This document shows, one piece after another, positions 61,691-64,000 of a DNA stretch of 64,000 nucleotides. Numbering within the stretch: position 1 is the stretch's first letter; each line of letters begins with the position of its first letter. A model generated the notes under the pieces. That model was given only the letters and a program-made list of their open reading frames with translations, did not search any database and was not told the origin of the DNA. Where the stretch lies: assembly GCA_028223755.1 (NCBI GenBank), contig JAOIUY010000009.1:32288-96287 (forward strand), given 5' to 3'. Both the position numbers and the translations under genes were made by a program. The stretch is from Pseudomonadales bacterium. GTDB lineage: Bacteria > Pseudomonadota > Gammaproteobacteria > Pseudomonadales > UBA7434.

Positions 61691-63328
61691 TTGCGGTTTA
61701 TCAAAAAATATTTTCTTAGCCAGTGATAACCCTTTAAGGCCGCCCAATTGAATTGCGGTTATTAAGCCTGCCATCATTGCACCAACCACTCCACAGCTAA
61801 GCACATCTTGTCCGGTTAAATACAATCCTTTAATGTCGGTTTTAGGCTTTAACCATCGCTGTTCAAAACGTTTCGGGTCATGTTGTAAGCCGTATATTTC
61901 GCCCTCTTGATAACGGCAAAAAAAGTCAGTTGATAATGTTGTGGACAGTTCGTAAAAATCGATCTTGTCTTTTAGATGTGGCAGTTTTTCAAATAAGTAT
62001 TGCAGCAATCGTTGCGACAAGGCTTCTTTAAGAGCATTGTAATCATCGCCGCGATTGCCCCATGGTTGATCTTGCCATTGGGCAAACCACTCGTGCATGC
62101 AGGGTGCCACTATTTCAATCGTCGCTCGATCAGGGTAGCGATTGTTAAAGTCGGGATCTTTAGCCGAGGGAAACGAAATATAAACCATCGGTAAAATAGT
62201 TTCTTCCGTATAGCGATTGCTTTGTTTAAAGGTCTCGCATACCGATTCATAATTTTCGTTAGGGTAAATCCAAAAATTGGTTTTCGGCAGTTGTAAATTT
62301 TCGGCGGTATCCTTGATGCCAATATAAAGACAAATACTCGCCATTGAACGAGACACTTGTTGCAGTTTTTCAAGATAGTCTGCGCGCTGTGGTGCATCAT
62401 TATCTAACAGCGTATTAAAGGTATTAAATACTCCCGCATTACTAATAACGGTTGATGCCTTAATGATATGACCGTCGGCCATACGCACACCGGTAACACC
62501 TTTTTTATCCGTTAGTATTTTTTCAACACCCGCATAGGTAAACACTTCACCGCCGGCGGCTTGAATGGTTGGGATAATCGTTTGCGCCATTTGTGACGCG
62601 CCACCAATAGGGTAGTAACCGCCATGCATATAGTGCTGTGCAATAAGGCTATGTATGACAAAACTGGATTCTGCCGGTGGCATACCACAGTCTCCCCATT
62701 GACAAGTGAGTACCGCAATAAGCATTTGGTTGTTGGTCAAACCTTCAAGCACTTCGCGCGTGGTTTTTGAAAACGCTGCTGGTGGTTGCTGCGTTGAAAA
62801 TAATGATGTTATTTTTTTCAGCCATGCAGGCATAATCTTGCCAATGGTATGCGATTGCATAGCGCTTTTTATGCTGCGCATATGAGCGAGGTACTGATCG
62901 ATAGCTTGCTCTTCATCAGGGAAGGCATCAACTAAGGCTTGTCGGTAAGCGACTTTACCGCTTTGTAAGCCAAATGTTTTGTCACCAATAAAAGCACGAT
63001 CAAATTCAGCATCCATCGGTGCCCACTTAAGTGTGCTGTTAGTGATGTAATCAAACAAGCGTCTTCCGGTTGAGCGGGTACTTCCCATATCACCAATATA
63101 GTGAACGCCGACATCCCATTCATAACCATTGCGTTCGTAACTATGTGTAAAGCCACCTGCAGTGTAATGTTGTTCGAGCACACACACTTTTTTACCCATT
63201 TTGGCAAGGCAGGCAGCGGTTGTTAGGCCACCGATACCTGAGCCAATAACCACGGCATCGTAATGCGGCTCAAGACGATTTGGGCGATAGCGTAATCCGA
63301 CTCTTAGTGTGCTGGCAGACGTTGTCAT
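61679..63328 (-). CDS. NAD(P)/FAD-dependent oxidoreductase, phytoene desaturase (CrtI)/retinol saturase-like family
   Basis: 549 aa. N-terminal dinucleotide fold DAVVIGSGIGGLTTAACLAKMGKKVCVLEQHYTAGG. Length and C-terminal GQDV..GVVGA fit the CrtI-like family. Confidence 0.8.
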   Translation of the reverse strand: MTTSASTLRVGLRYRPNRLEPHYDAVVIGSGIGGLTTAACLAKMGKKVCVLEQHYTAGGFTHSYERNGYEWDVGVHYIGDMGSTRSTGRRLFDYITNSTLKWAPMDAEFDRAFIGDKTFGLQSGKVAYRQALVDAFPDEEQAIDQYLAHMRSIKSAMQSHTIGKIMPAWLKKITSLFSTQQPPAAFSKTTREVLEGLTNNQMLIAVLTCQWGDCGMPPAESSFVIHSLIAQHYMHGGYYPIGGASQMAQTIIPTIQAAGGEVFTYAGVEKILTDKKGVTGVRMADGHIIKASTVISNAGVFNTFNTLLDNDAPQRADYLEKLQQVSRSMASICLYIGIKDTAENLQLPKTNFWIYPNENYESVCETFKQSNRYTEETILPMVYISFPSAKDPDFNNRYPDRATIEIVAPCMHEWFAQWQDQPWGNRGDDYNALKEALSQRLLQYLFEKLPHLKDKIDFYELSTTLSTDFFCRYQEGEIYGLQHDPKRFEQRWLKPKTDIKGLYLTGQDVLSCGVVGAMMAGLITAIQLGGLKGLSLAKKIFFDKPQLDL

Positions 63329-63340
63329 GATTTTTTCTCG

Positions 63341-63390
63341 TTTTTTTTAATTGTTTTTAATTGTTTTTAATTATTCTTATAATTATTTTT
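63341..63390. repeat. 10-bp phased T-tract repeat (TTGTTTTTAA units)
   Basis: TTTTTTTTAA / TTGTTTTTAA / TTGTTTTTAA / TTATTCTTAT / AATTATTTTT, between the two minus-strand genes and directly upstream of the oxidoreductase start. Confidence 0.75.
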
Positions 63391-63817
63391 ATGATTGTTC
63401 ATATGGTGAGTTAATGAGTTTGCGTAAACGCCACAGTGGAATAAGAAATAGTATCGCGACGATACTATTGAGTAACACCGCACCTGATGCGCCATGTGAG
63501 CCTGAATAGCTTGTGTCGCCGATATACCATACCAGAACTGCAATTATCATCCCGCGCCATAAGTTCTTACTTGGTGAGCTAACGTATTGGTTGATTAAAA
63601 CCAATAAAAGTATGCCCCAGCTTGCCACTGTTGGGCCAAACAGGGTAATCAAGAAACTCGCTTGTGCAGCAGTTTCGACACTTAAGTTTTGATTGGGAAA
63701 CATACCGGCGAGCAGCAGCTCATTGACCGAAGCGAGTTGCCCTAAAAAAGGGAAGCAGAGCCCCAGCACGATATGACCAATGGCTAGGCATTGAATAAGT
63801 CGGTATTCGATTAACAT
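63389..63817 (-). CDS. Small integral membrane protein (about 4 TM helices), unknown function
   Basis: 142 aa, strongly hydrophobic segments. No family recognised. Confidence 0.6.
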   Translation of the reverse strand: MLIEYRLIQCLAIGHIVLGLCFPFLGQLASVNELLLAGMFPNQNLSVETAAQASFLITLFGPTVASWGILLLVLINQYVSSPSKNLWRGMIIAVLVWYIGDTSYSGSHGASGAVLLNSIVAILFLIPLWRLRKLINSPYEQS

Positions 63818-64000
63818 TAGCAGTGCTCTCCTGCGGCCAAGAATGTTCGTTATTATGGACTATTACGAGGCTGATAACGTTACGGCTTTGATAAAGGGGT
63901 CATTTTAGTGACTTATTGATCTATGGCTTATAACGGCATTTGTCTGTAAGCTGCCGCGCTTGCTTACTTCGTAACCTGACTAGTTTCTGTAGCTGGATAC

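Noticed and set aside
14165-63390. Short tandem repeat arrays considered as CRISPR or as a dispersed mobile repeat family
   Set aside because: The units are 9-21 bp, directly abutting with no spacers, at most 4-5 copies, and unrelated to each other in sequence. No cas genes. These are not CRISPR or MITE-like elements.

Overview
This is a 64-kb chromosomal window from a moderately AT-rich gammaproteobacterium. As far as I recall, the gene order follows the Pseudomonas/Oceanospirillales pattern. Almost all of it is conserved core genome.

Gene content, left to right:
- mlaC-ibaG-murA-hisGDC.
- A complete dcw cell-division/cell-wall cluster: mraZ-rsmH-ftsL-ftsI-murE-murF-mraY-murD-ftsW-murG-murC-ddl-ftsQ-ftsA-ftsZ-lpxC.
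- An M23 peptidase, then secA-argJ-mutT.
- Convergent coaE-yacG.
- pyrB-murJ-ribF-ileS-lspA-fkpB-ispH.
- A type IV pilus minor-pilin operon: fimU-pilV-pilW-pilX-pilY1-(small ORF)-pilE, plus a convergent second FimT/GspH-like gene.
- nadE-pgeF-rluD on the minus strand, then bamD and clpB.
- A small accessory-looking right end: a thrombospondin-type-3-repeat protein, a GH16 glucanase, a Zn alcohol dehydrogenase, a TIGR03643/DUF2256 pair, a CrtI-like FAD oxidoreductase and a small membrane protein.

I see no rRNA, tRNA, CRISPR array, transposase or integrase, and no large uncharacterised multi-gene system.

The points most worth a second look are small:
1. A SymE-like toxin gene with a perfect LexA box, inserted at the mutT/yacG junction.
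2. A textbook sigma70 promoter plus 10-bp-phased GTGG (MraZ-type) repeats, followed by a terminator-like hairpin inside the mraZ leader.
3. An unlisted 57-codon DUF2256 zinc-ribbon ORF coupled to the TIGR03643 gene. That gene is preceded by a 13-bp tandem repeat that builds a chain of ATGA-coupled mini-ORFs.
4. A TSP3-repeat protein ending in a PEP-CTERM/IPTL-CTERM-like sorting tail, with no sorting enzyme in view.
5. Rearranged details of the minor-pilin cluster.
6. A recurrent habit of 10-21 bp tandem duplications sitting exactly on gene boundaries.

All functional calls come from reading the translated ORFs and motifs by eye. No database search was run.
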